Below, one piece after another: positions 55,277 through 64,000 of a stretch of DNA of 64,000 nt. Every line of letters starts with the position of its first letter. Positions within the stretch are counted from its first letter, which is position 1. Source of the DNA: an uncultured delta proteobacterium (GTDB lineage Bacteria > Desulfobacterota > Syntrophobacteria > BM002); NCBI GenBank assembly GCA_963712115.1, contig CAVQGX010000037.1, positions 96,001-160,000 on the forward strand. The letters run 5' to 3'. Made by a program: the position numbers and the translations under genes. The notes under the pieces are model-generated. The model was given only the letters and a program-made list of their open reading frames with translations, ran no database searches and had not been told where the DNA came from.

Positions 55277-56944
55277 TCAATTTTGTGTAGTCGTGAAGTA
55301 ATTAGGCTTTGACCATTCTCCCCAGAGAATATCACCACTGTATAACTCATAACCATGACGAACTCTCCATTTGTACTTCATGTTATATTCTAGACTAACG
55401 CTGGAGAAGTTGAGCTCAACAAGAGCATCGGTTCGCTTTCCCGAATCGTAAACAGGTGTTTCAAAGCTTGTGTTTGCTAAGGCAACTTGCCACTGGGAGT
55501 AATGATGAGCTCGGGGACCCAAATAAGCTGAGGAGCGAAGTGTCGGTTTAATCCTAACAGCAGTTTTCTCATTTCCAGGGAAAGAACAAATAGCCTGATC
55601 TGGCTTAAGATCATCCCTGCTTAAAACCCAAGGGTGTGAAAGAAACTGCCCGATATTTTTCCCTCCCTTCAAGTCCGCTTCTCCGAGCCATACAAGACCA
55701 TACGTGATCTTTGGAAAGGTATTCTGAACATGATACAGGAAATCGTTGTAAAAGTCATAGTCCTCGCCAGCTCCACAACATCCGGTGGCTCCAAAAGGCT
55801 TGGGTAAGGCCGTCATGTCATCGTAAGGTGTCCAAGTCCAAGATGTCTTACCTTCTGTCATATTTTCATATAATGCCCAAAGACGACACGGATTACCGGT
55901 ATTCCCACTGACATACTGACGTGCTATGCTGACGCCATCATAGATCGAGCTTCCTACCATGTCCACGTAATTATCCCCAGGATAGTAATCGTGCCAGTGT
56001 CCTCTCTGACTGGCAGTGTCACCAACATAGTAATGAGCTCCAAATACCCAGATAAGGTTGTTGAGCCCTTTTTTGACCGTCAGGTACTCAAAAGTATCTC
56101 GCCAGAGTTTGATGAAATCAGTGGCAGTTCCTTTCCCCCACCAGAAGTTCAGCTGATTCATCTCGTCGTACGGGAAAAATAATACTGTGACGCCAGCATC
56201 TTGTAATGTTTGAAGAGAAGTTGAGTACTTCTCTAGTGCATTATACCAGAACTCATGAATAGACTTTGTCGGGTCTGTCAGGTCACCCAAAGAGCTGTCA
56301 GAAGGGATTGCTGACTTGATACCCTCGCTAGTCCAAGGGTTTCTAGGGGCAAAGTTTACAAAAACAAGACCGCCACTTTTCCAGTATTCGATTAGAGTGG
56401 GCGTGATGTCTGACTCTCCCCCCAATCCCCACCCAGTGCCTATCAGTGGCATCCATACACCGTAATTCTGATGTATGTACTCAATGTAATTCGGGTAGTT
56501 ATTTAGAGCCGTCCCCCCTGTATTGCCGAGAAATTGCCCCATGAGCAGTCTTTTTTCACTCTTGTTAGGCAAGTTCTTGAGCCAATTGAGAAATGCTTTA
56601 ACATCATTATTCGCATTGGGATTTGCTGTCTCTATTTCTGTAGAATCCTTAGAGATGGCTAGATTCCCAGGAGTTGGGAAGGCGGCCTCGGACAAGGCAC
56701 TCTTGTTGAGTAGACCAATTGCTGTAAAGATGCAGCAAAATACCATAAGCGCCCGAGATAGACTTGTTCTGCTTTGGGCATCTGAACGTATCTTCAACAA
56801 TGAAAGGCAAGTTCTTTTACAGTACTTTAGTTTCATCTGTTCCCCCTGTTGTTTCTTGGGCTTGTGAAGTTCTGTGGCTTCGGTTCCAGATGCAATCGCA
56901 TCCAATGTTGCGTGTCTTTTGTTATCTTCAGAGTCTTTGGACAA
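55277..56944 (-). CDS. Secreted GH26 (beta-mannanase-like) protein with FN3-like C-terminus; true start probably about 56836 or later
   Basis: TANPNA....LNWL.NLPN, PYDEMN...FWWG, GLNNLIWV, YYPGDNYVDMVG, TALPKPF. Confidence 0.85.
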   Translation of the reverse strand: MSKDSEDNKRHATLDAIASGTEATELHKPKKQQGEQMKLKYCKRTCLSLLKIRSDAQSRTSLSRALMVFCCIFTAIGLLNKSALSEAAFPTPGNLAISKDSTEIETANPNANNDVKAFLNWLKNLPNKSEKRLLMGQFLGNTGGTALNNYPNYIEYIHQNYGVWMPLIGTGWGLGGESDITPTLIEYWKSGGLVFVNFAPRNPWTSEGIKSAIPSDSSLGDLTDPTKSIHEFWYNALEKYSTSLQTLQDAGVTVLFFPYDEMNQLNFWWGKGTATDFIKLWRDTFEYLTVKKGLNNLIWVFGAHYYVGDTASQRGHWHDYYPGDNYVDMVGSSIYDGVSIARQYVSGNTGNPCRLWALYENMTEGKTSWTWTPYDDMTALPKPFGATGCCGAGEDYDFYNDFLYHVQNTFPKITYGLVWLGEADLKGGKNIGQFLSHPWVLSRDDLKPDQAICSFPGNEKTAVRIKPTLRSSAYLGPRAHHYSQWQVALANTSFETPVYDSGKRTDALVELNFSSVSLEYNMKYKWRVRHGYELYSGDILWGEWSKPNYFTTTQN

Positions 56945-57725
56945 GTCATAACAACGTTGCGGAGCTATTTCATAATCTATTTAAGATATCACCTAATGCG
57001 AACGTTTACAACAATACGCCCATTCCAGCATCAGTGAATCGACCTTCTAGATTCATGCCTGCCCCGCTCAACTGGACTCTGCTTGCTCCACAGCACAGGA
57101 GAATTCACAATTAGCTTCAGCTCGCAAATTTTATTACTTTCCGATTTTGGAGTCATTTCTAGGATTTCTATGTGGTATATGGCTCGAACTACCAATGAAA
57201 TTTTGAAGCAATATGGATGCCATATCTGAAATATCGTTCACATCCAAAATAAATCTATCTCTATCTTAAAATTTTGTCAGCAGAATATCGCAAGGGATTC
57301 CACTGGAGTACCTAGTTTCTATTGGCGATTAATACAAAAAGATTGAGGGATATTTGAGGGTCTTGAAAAATTAAGCATTTGACTATTAAAGATATTTTCA
57401 GCCCAGGGTAAGGGCTTTTTGTATCGGATTTGGTACACTGCTGTACACTCCAGTTCACTACAAATTACTCCATTTGGCTGGGCCAGCTCGAGGTCAAAAA
57501 GTATCCGTACTATCCAAGCTGTTGGTAAATGGCCGGATGAGGCATAGTCCTGAGCAGGGTAGATTCCGTAAGATTCAGAAAATATCGTCTGGTTCCACAC
57601 AAATGATCGCGGCCTGCTATCTGCAGAATACGGCCAGTCAGCTATGAGCGTAAGCAACTAATATCCCTTGGTAATCACCAGATTTAGATTCTCAGTACTG
57701 ACTGATACCGAAGGAGTATTCAAAG

Positions 57726-59102
57726 ATGACTTTCGAGAAAAATATACTGTGCATCGGCGCCGGTCATGTTGGTGGACCGACCATGGGCGTAATTGCCCAC
57801 AAATGCCCACAATACAGGGTTATGGTGGTGGATATAGACCCGTTGCGCATCGCTGAGTGGAATTCTAATAATCTTCCTATTTTTGAGCCGGGGCTGGATG
57901 AAATTGTCCAAGAAGCTAGAGGCAAGAATCTCTTTTTCAGTACAGACATAGCAAGAGGCATAAAGGAAAGTGAAATCATATTCGTTAGCGTCAACACGCC
58001 CACCAAGGAGTTCGGTGCGGGGGCAGGCCAGGCCGCCGACCTTCAGTACTGGGAAAAAACAGCCAGACAAATACTTCAATATTCTGAGTCAGACAAGATA
58101 ATCGTTGAAAAGAGCACCGTGCCGGTAAAGACAGCAGAGGCAATGAGGTGCATTCTAGCGGCAGGAGGTAATGGTGTCAGGTTCGAGGTGCTCTCCAACC
58201 CTGAATTTCTTGCCGAAGGCACGGCCGTCGCTGACTTACTCTATCCCGACAGGGTTCTCATTGGCTCCGCCAACAGTGACAGCGGGCTGCTGGCGCGTGA
58301 CGCATTAGTAAAGCTTTATGCTAACTGGGTTCCAAGAGAACGTATCATAACCACTGATCTGTGGAGCAGCGAGCTTTCCAAGCTGGTGGCAAACGCCTTT
58401 CTGGCTCAGAGGGTTTCTTCAATAAACTCTATTTCTGCACTGTGCGAAAAGACCCATGCCGACATTTGTGAAGTAGCTTCGGCTGTAGGAATGGACAAGC
58501 GTATTGGCGACAAATTCTTGAATGCCAGTGTGGGTTTTGGGGGCTCGTGCTTCAAAAAAGATATTTTGAACCTTGTATACCTGTGCAAACATTACGGCCT
58601 CCAGGAGGTTGCGGATTACTGGGATAGCGTTGTCAAAATAAATGTCTATCAACAGGAGCGATTCGTACTCAACATGTTAAACTCCATGTTTAACACCTTA
58701 TCGGGTAAGACAATCTGTCTCTTCGGATTCGCTTTCAAGGCCAATACAGCAGACACCAGGGAGAGCCCAGCACTTTCAATAGCCAAGCGACTGCTGGAGG
58801 AAAATGCTGAAGTGGTCGTTACTGACCCTAAGGCCTTGAAGAACGCAAGGAATGACCTCAAAGATATGGACGGGAGAGTGGCCTACAAAGAAGATCCATA
58901 CGAAGCAGTTCAGGGCTGCCATGCAATAGCTGTAATGACAGAATGGGATCTGTATCGAAGTTTGGATTACGAAAGGATTTTCCACTGCATGAGTAAACCT
59001 GCATTCATTTTTGACGGTAGGAATATTCTGGATCATAAGAGACTCTTTACCATCGGGTTCAACGTTTACCCCACAGGTAAACCGCCTTTAAGTCATTTTT
59101 GA
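57726..59102 (+). CDS. ugd: UDP-glucose 6-dehydrogenase
   Basis: CIGAGHVGGPT, SVNTPTK, VEKSTVPV, SNPEFLAEG, GFGGSCFKKD, GFAFKANT.DTRES. Confidence 0.95.
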   Translation: MTFEKNILCIGAGHVGGPTMGVIAHKCPQYRVMVVDIDPLRIAEWNSNNLPIFEPGLDEIVQEARGKNLFFSTDIARGIKESEIIFVSVNTPTKEFGAGAGQAADLQYWEKTARQILQYSESDKIIVEKSTVPVKTAEAMRCILAAGGNGVRFEVLSNPEFLAEGTAVADLLYPDRVLIGSANSDSGLLARDALVKLYANWVPRERIITTDLWSSELSKLVANAFLAQRVSSINSISALCEKTHADICEVASAVGMDKRIGDKFLNASVGFGGSCFKKDILNLVYLCKHYGLQEVADYWDSVVKINVYQQERFVLNMLNSMFNTLSGKTICLFGFAFKANTADTRESPALSIAKRLLEENAEVVVTDPKALKNARNDLKDMDGRVAYKEDPYEAVQGCHAIAVMTEWDLYRSLDYERIFHCMSKPAFIFDGRNILDHKRLFTIGFNVYPTGKPPLSHF

Positions 59103-59219
59103 TACCATTTGAAAAGTAACAATCCTGCATCATCATTTTGACTCCTAAAAATTTAGTCTAAACTTTCCCATTCGAGCAGCTAGCTTACATACTCCTCACA
59201 AATTGATGCGGTGGCATAA

Positions 59220-59768
59220 ATGATTGAAAGAAATGTCTTTTATACCTCTTTTCTAAACTGCTTAAGGCCAGAGGGGTTTTTGAATCGGACCAGAACGTGG
59301 AGAGAAGTAAGATATTTTGCGAGATTTTTATCAAGTTGGTCCTTTGTGGTCATCTTATTCTTGGCATTTTGTGCCACTCCGATTGTATTAGTGCATGGCT
59401 ATGTGGTCCCAATCCCGATAGCTCTGAAGATTTTTGGCGCCTTTCACATCAATCCGGTTGCTTGGGAATATAACATAGAGAAAGGTGATCTTGGGGATGT
59501 GGGAGCAGAATACGAAGCTTGGGGTAATAAGAAAGGGTTTGGCAAACGAACCGCGGTCTTCTGGCAATACTTCCTGTGGTATGCTTGGCCTTTTTTGATT
59601 GCTTACGCACTCTATATTTTTGTTTCTTTTTATATACTCATCCACAAGCTTTCCAATGTATTATTCGCCGAGTACAAAAGCAAAGTGTTGCGGCGAAAAA
59701 CAGCTTATTATCTAAAAAGTCAAGGCCTTAGTGAGAACCCAGATCTCTATGAAACTCCATTCTTCTAA
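59220..59768 (+). CDS. Hypothetical membrane protein
   Basis: 182-aa ORF with 2-3 hydrophobic segments; no recognised motif. Confidence 0.5.
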   Translation: MIERNVFYTSFLNCLRPEGFLNRTRTWREVRYFARFLSSWSFVVILFLAFCATPIVLVHGYVVPIPIALKIFGAFHINPVAWEYNIEKGDLGDVGAEYEAWGNKKGFGKRTAVFWQYFLWYAWPFLIAYALYIFVSFYILIHKLSNVLFAEYKSKVLRRKTAYYLKSQGLSENPDLYETPFF

Positions 59769-59861
59769 GTTGGTGTGCTTTCTCCTTGGCTCGTCGTGCA
59801 ATATATCCAAACCACCCCACTCTGCGCAGGTATACTTTTGCTATACTCGTAAATTAATAAT

Positions 59862-60596
59862 GGGTCATGACTAGAACAGCGGGTACTGTCTGCACATTCT
59901 AAGTAGGATTGCGGAGGGATTTTCACCTCTATGGTTGAATCTAAACTCGCACTCCTTTAAGTGCAAATAAAAGGTGGATTTACTCATACCCCTGAACTTA
60001 GAGAGTCTGGTTTTTGAATAACCCCAAAAGCTTTCGATTCCGTTGATATGAGATTTGCCCTGAACGAACTGATCAGTGGCATGTTGAACCCGAAAATGTT
60101 TTTTGTAACCCAAGTCAACGAGGCCGTTGTAGCCACGCCAGTAATCGGAATGGATAACACTATCAGGACTCACACGGCCCCTGATAACCGCCTGAAGGGT
60201 CTTGCGTCTACAGTCAGGAACAATTTCCGTGTAGACTTTACCATTTCGTTGGAAAATGCCAAATACAATGGTTTTACCACCCGCCCCGCGGCCTCTTCGG
60301 CCTTTGAAGCGGCGGGCACCGAAATAGGACTCGTCAACCTCAACTACGCCAGAAAAGGGTGATTGTTCTTCACAATGCTGAGCAATCCTCTTTCGAATTT
60401 CATTGAGGTAACGGTTGACTGTATTGCGGTTGAGTCCGGTGACTTTGGCAATCTGAGAGGCGTCCAAATCGACAGAGAAAAGCTTGATAAACTCTCGAAA
60501 TTTCCTCTCAGAAAGTTTCGCACCTTTTGCATACTTGTTTTTCCGCGTCATGACTACTTTTAGCACGATTTAACAGTGCTGTTCTAGTCATGACCC
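59862..60596 (-). mobile_element. Complete IS1595-family (IS1016-like) insertion sequence, 735 bp
   Basis: Perfect 19-bp TIR GGGTCATGACTAGAACAGC; 8-bp target duplication TTAATAAT (59854-59861, 60597-60604). Confidence 0.95.
59871..60566 (-). CDS. IS1595-family DDE transposase
   Basis: VEVDESYFG...GRRGRGA, IHSD...Y, HINGIESFW, LHLKECEFRFN. Confidence 0.95.
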   Translation of the reverse strand: MLKVVMTRKNKYAKGAKLSERKFREFIKLFSVDLDASQIAKVTGLNRNTVNRYLNEIRKRIAQHCEEQSPFSGVVEVDESYFGARRFKGRRGRGAGGKTIVFGIFQRNGKVYTEIVPDCRRKTLQAVIRGRVSPDSVIHSDYWRGYNGLVDLGYKKHFRVQHATDQFVQGKSHINGIESFWGYSKTRLSKFRGMSKSTFYLHLKECEFRFNHRGENPSAILLRMCRQYPLF

Positions 60597-60686
60597 TTAA
60601 TAATTTGTGATTTGGCTTGATGAGCTTGTAGTCGAGACAAAAAATCTCTCTTTGGAGCCTGTTCGACAACTAGTTTCACCTCCTGC

Positions 60687-60790
60687 GGAAACTGTGTCAG
60701 AATTCGCCGAACGCATCATTCCGGGCGAGCTCCGCTTCGCGAGGCGAGATCCGGAATTTAGTGAAAGTGATGAAGTGCGACACATTCTCC
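60687..60790. repeat. REP/MITE-like element related to 13624-13760
   Basis: TCGCCGAAC..ATCATTCCGG.CGAG...CGAGATCCGGAAT within imperfect ends GGAAACTGTGTC / GACACATTCTCC. Confidence 0.7.
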
Positions 60791-60838
60791 CAGAGGACGG
60801 GAAGAGTGGTTTTCAGTCCGGTCGAAAAGGCTGAAACC

Positions 60839-60914
60839 GAGGAACTGGATGAGGGAAACCTTCACGTCCGGGTCTGTGGCGGGAGCGCTGGGTAACCGGT
60901 GCTTCTACCCGGAA
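60839..60914 (+). ncRNA. Group II intron 3' remnant (domains V and VI)
   Basis: DV GAACTGGATGAGG-GAAA-CCTTCACGTCCGGGTC; DVI GGGAGCGCTGG-GTAA-CCGGTGCTTCT-A-CCC with bulged A; no RT ORF. Confidence 0.8.
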
Positions 60915-61028
60915 ATGCAAGTTTCAGACTGCTCTAGTAGAGATTCACTACTAATCACTATATGCACTTGAGACACTTAGATGTTTGGCCAGACGGGTCT
61001 GGGGGTTGCAAGGCTAACGGAGGTTAAT

Positions 61029-62003
61029 ATGGATATTCCTGTTGTGATTATTATATTCCGGCGAGCTAAGATCACCGAGCGAGTTCTCAAGCAAATCGCT
61101 AAGGCGAAGCCCCGCAGACTGTTTGTGATTGCTGACGGGCCGCGACCGGATAGGCCTGAAGACATAGATGAATGTGCAGATACTCGTGCGGTTATCGATC
61201 GCATAGATTGGGACTGTGAGGTATACAAGAACTATTCAGACGTAAACATGGGAGTCGATCATCGCATACCCACGGGGCTTACCTGGGTGTTTGAACAGGT
61301 GGATATGGCCATCATCCTTGAAGATGACTGCGTGCCTCATCCGACTTTTTTCCAATACTGTGAAGAGCTTTTGGAAAGATTTAGAGACGACGAGAGAGTG
61401 ATGCATATCTCTGGAAGGAGTGTTTTTCCGGAGAAACCAAGGGCGCCTTATAGTTACTATTTTTCTAGCTCTATGTCTTGGTTGGGCTGGGCCACTTGGG
61501 CAAGAGCGTGGAGACATTTTGATCTTGATATAAGCTTATGGCCAGAACTACGCAATACGCGGTGGCTGTGGGAAACTTGGGGAGATAAGAGAGCAGTCAA
61601 ATTTTTTTCGAACTTATTTGAGAAACATTACGTGGAAAAACAGCCGAAGTCTGATCTCTTTTGGCTCCTGGCAGTTTGGTCACAGAATGGCCTTGGTATC
61701 AGGCCATATTCTAACCTTGTCTACTATGCAGGTTATGAAGACGCTACTAATCCTGATTTTTCCCGCAGGGAACATTTCGATTTTCCAACTTCAGCAATGC
61801 AGTTCCCAATTCGGCACCCACCCTCTATAGCTAGGGATACCGAAGCCGACAAATTTGCCTTGGATCGATTTTTTGCGGACTATAAGGGTGTATACTATAA
61901 TATAGTTGGTTATCCCTTATATCTTAAAATATATCGAAAATTGAGGCGGCATCTTTCGGGGATTATCCCTAGCAGGATACGTAATCTTGTCGATAGGTCA
62001 TGA
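61029..62003 (+). CDS. GT-A glycosyltransferase (HlpA-like)
   Basis: PVVIIIFRR, IADGPR, WVFEQ..AIILEDDC, WLGWATWARAW; GGAGG RBS. Confidence 0.85.
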   Translation: MDIPVVIIIFRRAKITERVLKQIAKAKPRRLFVIADGPRPDRPEDIDECADTRAVIDRIDWDCEVYKNYSDVNMGVDHRIPTGLTWVFEQVDMAIILEDDCVPHPTFFQYCEELLERFRDDERVMHISGRSVFPEKPRAPYSYYFSSSMSWLGWATWARAWRHFDLDISLWPELRNTRWLWETWGDKRAVKFFSNLFEKHYVEKQPKSDLFWLLAVWSQNGLGIRPYSNLVYYAGYEDATNPDFSRREHFDFPTSAMQFPIRHPPSIARDTEADKFALDRFFADYKGVYYNIVGYPLYLKIYRKLRRHLSGIIPSRIRNLVDRS

Positions 62004-62089
62004 TAGGTCCTTTTCTTATTTCAATAGACCAAAATAGTTATGGGGCCAATTTCCTAACATCTAAGGTTCGATACATTCTCTGTGTTTAA

Positions 62090-62275
62090 CTAGCCCGGAT
62101 ATTTCATGAATCACCTGCTGCGACCACGGATATGGCCGTCCTTCCTGGCGTCCTCGGGTGTCGGCCCCTGCGACGTACCGTTCAGGTAAGCCTCGGGACC
62201 AACACCCTGCGGTTGCTCGGTTGCACGCCCATCTTCGCGGTCTCGCGACAGAAATTCATGAAATATCCGGGCTAG
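62090..62275. mobile_element. 186-bp MITE-like element, same family as 25401-25568
   Basis: Identical 22-bp inverted ends and highly similar interior. Confidence 0.9.
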
Positions 62276-62384
62276 GTCTGGATGACCAAGAGTCCATCAG
62301 GGAATTCGCTGAGCAGATGCCTGCGAGATTTGGCTCCATGGTGCTTTCTGCTCAGGATGCTGAGAGCGCTATGAACCCCTATGG

Positions 62385-62958
62385 GATATGGACCTGGCTT
62401 ATCTCATGCTAGGTTAGTCTTGTGGGGCTCCCTATAGCGCTGGTCAGGCATATAATTTCGTAAAGGAAACGGTGATCGCTTTCGGCTTTCCGGATATAGT
62501 CTTTGAATCTGAAGATGCCTTTGTTAGGTTTCTCTCCAGAAAAACAATCAGTGTAGCAACTGTAGTCTTAGGTATATTTGCCGCTGACGTTCAAAAGAAA
62601 GTGGACATGGTGGACATGAACAATGATGGGAAGATACGGCAAATTGTCATAAAATTTAAGAAGACTGATCTACGGCGCACATGAGGAATTGCCGTATGGA
62701 GCCCAGATTTTGGCTCGTTTCATGCACGAATACCTCGCGACGATACGAGAAGCAGTGGAAAGATCGCCGGACCTCTTTATGGAAAACATTATTCAAGTAG
62801 CAATTGATGAGGGTCTGCAAGTGGAAACAGTGCAAATCTCCGATGAACCATATCTCGATATTGGAACAGCTGATGGCTTGCTCAAAGCTGTAAAAGGTTG
62901 CCCAATTAGGGGTGGTATTGACTTGTGGATGTTTGCTTTTGGCGGGGTAAGACTTTAA
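62385..62958 (+). pseudogene. Decayed sugar-1-phosphate nucleotidyltransferase
   Basis: DLAYLM.*..GAPY...AY.FV....AFGFPDI...VVLG.F...VDMV...T*GIAVW / FMHEYL...YLDIGT; two stops, a frameshift and no N-terminus. Confidence 0.75.
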
Positions 62959-62991
62959 ACCTCTTATCATTGGCGAATTGATGAGGTCGAT

Positions 62992-64000
62992 ATGAAACGA
63001 GCATTAATAACTGGTATCACCGGGCAAGACGGAGCCCACCTCGCCGAGTTCCTTCTAGATAAAGGTTACGAAGTCCACGGCATAAAACGCCGCTCTTCAT
63101 CTTTCAATACAGCTCGCGTGGATCATCTTTACAAAGATCCACATGAAGAAGGCGTTAACTTCTTCATGCACTATGGTGATTTGACTGATGCAACAAATCT
63201 TATTCGTATTATTCAACAGGTCCAACCCGAGGAGATTTATAATCTTGCCGCACAAAGTCATGTCAAGGTCTCTTTTGAAACACCTGAGTACACAGCGAAT
63301 TCTGATGCGCTTGGTACTTTGCGCATTCTTGAGGCACTGCGAATATTAGGTCTTAAGAAAATGACAAGATTCTACCAGGCCTCCACCAGTGAGATGTATG
63401 GCAATGTGCAAGAAGTTCCCCAGAGGGAGACAACCCCTTTTTATCCTAGAAGCCCTTACGGTGCGGCCAAGGTCTATGCCTACTGGATTACTGTAAACTA
63501 CCGTGAGGCCTACAATATGTTTGCCTGCAACGGTATTCTGTTTAACCATGAGTCCCCCATTCGGGGTGAGACCTTTGTCACTCGCAAGATCACGAGGGCG
63601 GTGGCCAGGATCAAGCTCGGTCTGCAAGAAAGGCTCTATCTCGGTAACCTAAATTCCTCCAGGGACTGGGGCTATGCAGGCGACTACGTACGCGCCATGT
63701 GGCTGATGCTTCAGCATGACGAACCTGAAGATTTTGTGATCGCAACTGGTAAATCTCATACAGTCAGGGAATTTGTAGAAAAAGCCTTGCGGGAAGTTGC
63801 CATAGAAATTGTCTGGGAAGGTTCAGGTGTGGATGAAGTCGGGAAGGATAACATGACAGGCAAGGTTCTTATCCAAGTTGATCCCCGCTACTTCCGCCCA
63901 ACAGAAGTGGACTTTTTACTTGGCGATCCTTCTAAAGCAAGGGCAAGACTTGGCTGGAATGCTGAGGTCTCTTTCGACGAACTCGTAAAGCTAATGGTCG
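62992..64000 (+). CDS. gmd: GDP-mannose 4,6-dehydratase, runs off window end
   Basis: [60 protein letters not shown]. Confidence 0.96.
   Translation, partial: MKRALITGITGQDGAHLAEFLLDKGYEVHGIKRRSSSFNTARVDHLYKDPHEEGVNFFMHYGDLTDATNLIRIIQQVQPEEIYNLAAQSHVKVSFETPEYTANSDALGTLRILEALRILGLKKMTRFYQASTSEMYGNVQEVPQRETTPFYPRSPYGAAKVYAYWITVNYREAYNMFACNGILFNHESPIRGETFVTRKITRAVARIKLGLQERLYLGNLNSSRDWGYAGDYVRAMWLMLQHDEPEDFVIATGKSHTVREFVEKALREVAIEIVWEGSGVDEVGKDNMTGKVLIQVDPRYFRPTEVDFLLGDPSKARARLGWNAEVSFDELVKLMV

Noticed and set aside
57319-57657. 112-aa minus-strand ORF upstream of ugd
   Set aside because: No motif, RBS or recognisable family; may be decayed DNA.
60607-60834. 75-aa ORF after IS1595, and similarly 62158-62412
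   Set aside because: Both read through repeat elements; not credible genes.

Overview
Bacterial DNA, most likely from a deltaproteobacterium (Desulfobacterota); this is inferred from gene style and repeat types. Positions 1-4.1 kb hold small genes: an SH3 protein, an orphan mreB, a CBM48-like protein, a PilZ protein and a zinc-finger protein. Near 4.2-4.5 kb is an att-like junction, made of a tRNA-Glu-like 3' fragment, a hairpin and tandem arm-type repeats, followed by a patchwork of short repeats. From about 6.5 kb to the window end runs one very large, almost all plus-strand exopolysaccharide/surface-glycan locus. Regulation and export genes: a VpsT/CsgD-like LuxR regulator, short OPX plus beta-barrel, split Wzc (PCP and BY-kinase), an ExeA-like ATPase, Wzm/Wzt and a Wzy/ligase-like protein. 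Synthesis and tailoring genes: a Sat-CysC fusion whose sulfurylase motifs are degenerate, a priming transferase, a CDP-C-methyl-deoxysugar cassette, about 10 glycosyltransferases, five different sulfotransferases, a deacetylase, an acetyltransferase, a NodZ-like fucosyltransferase, an amidotransferase, ugd and gmd. It also encodes secreted proteins: a duplicated-domain lipoprotein, an SGNH-PKD protein with a CFI-box tail, and a GH26 lacking its nucleophile. Intergenic DNA carries palindromic MITE/REP elements, an intact IS1595, an IS1380 remnant, a group II intron 3' tail and several gene remnants. Many single-base frameshifts look like sequencing or assembly indels. The best candidate for an undescribed system is a c-di-GMP-regulated, multiply sulfated, fucosylated matrix polysaccharide with its own PAPS supply and matrix proteins. 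All family assignments come from motif recognition by eye; no searches were run.
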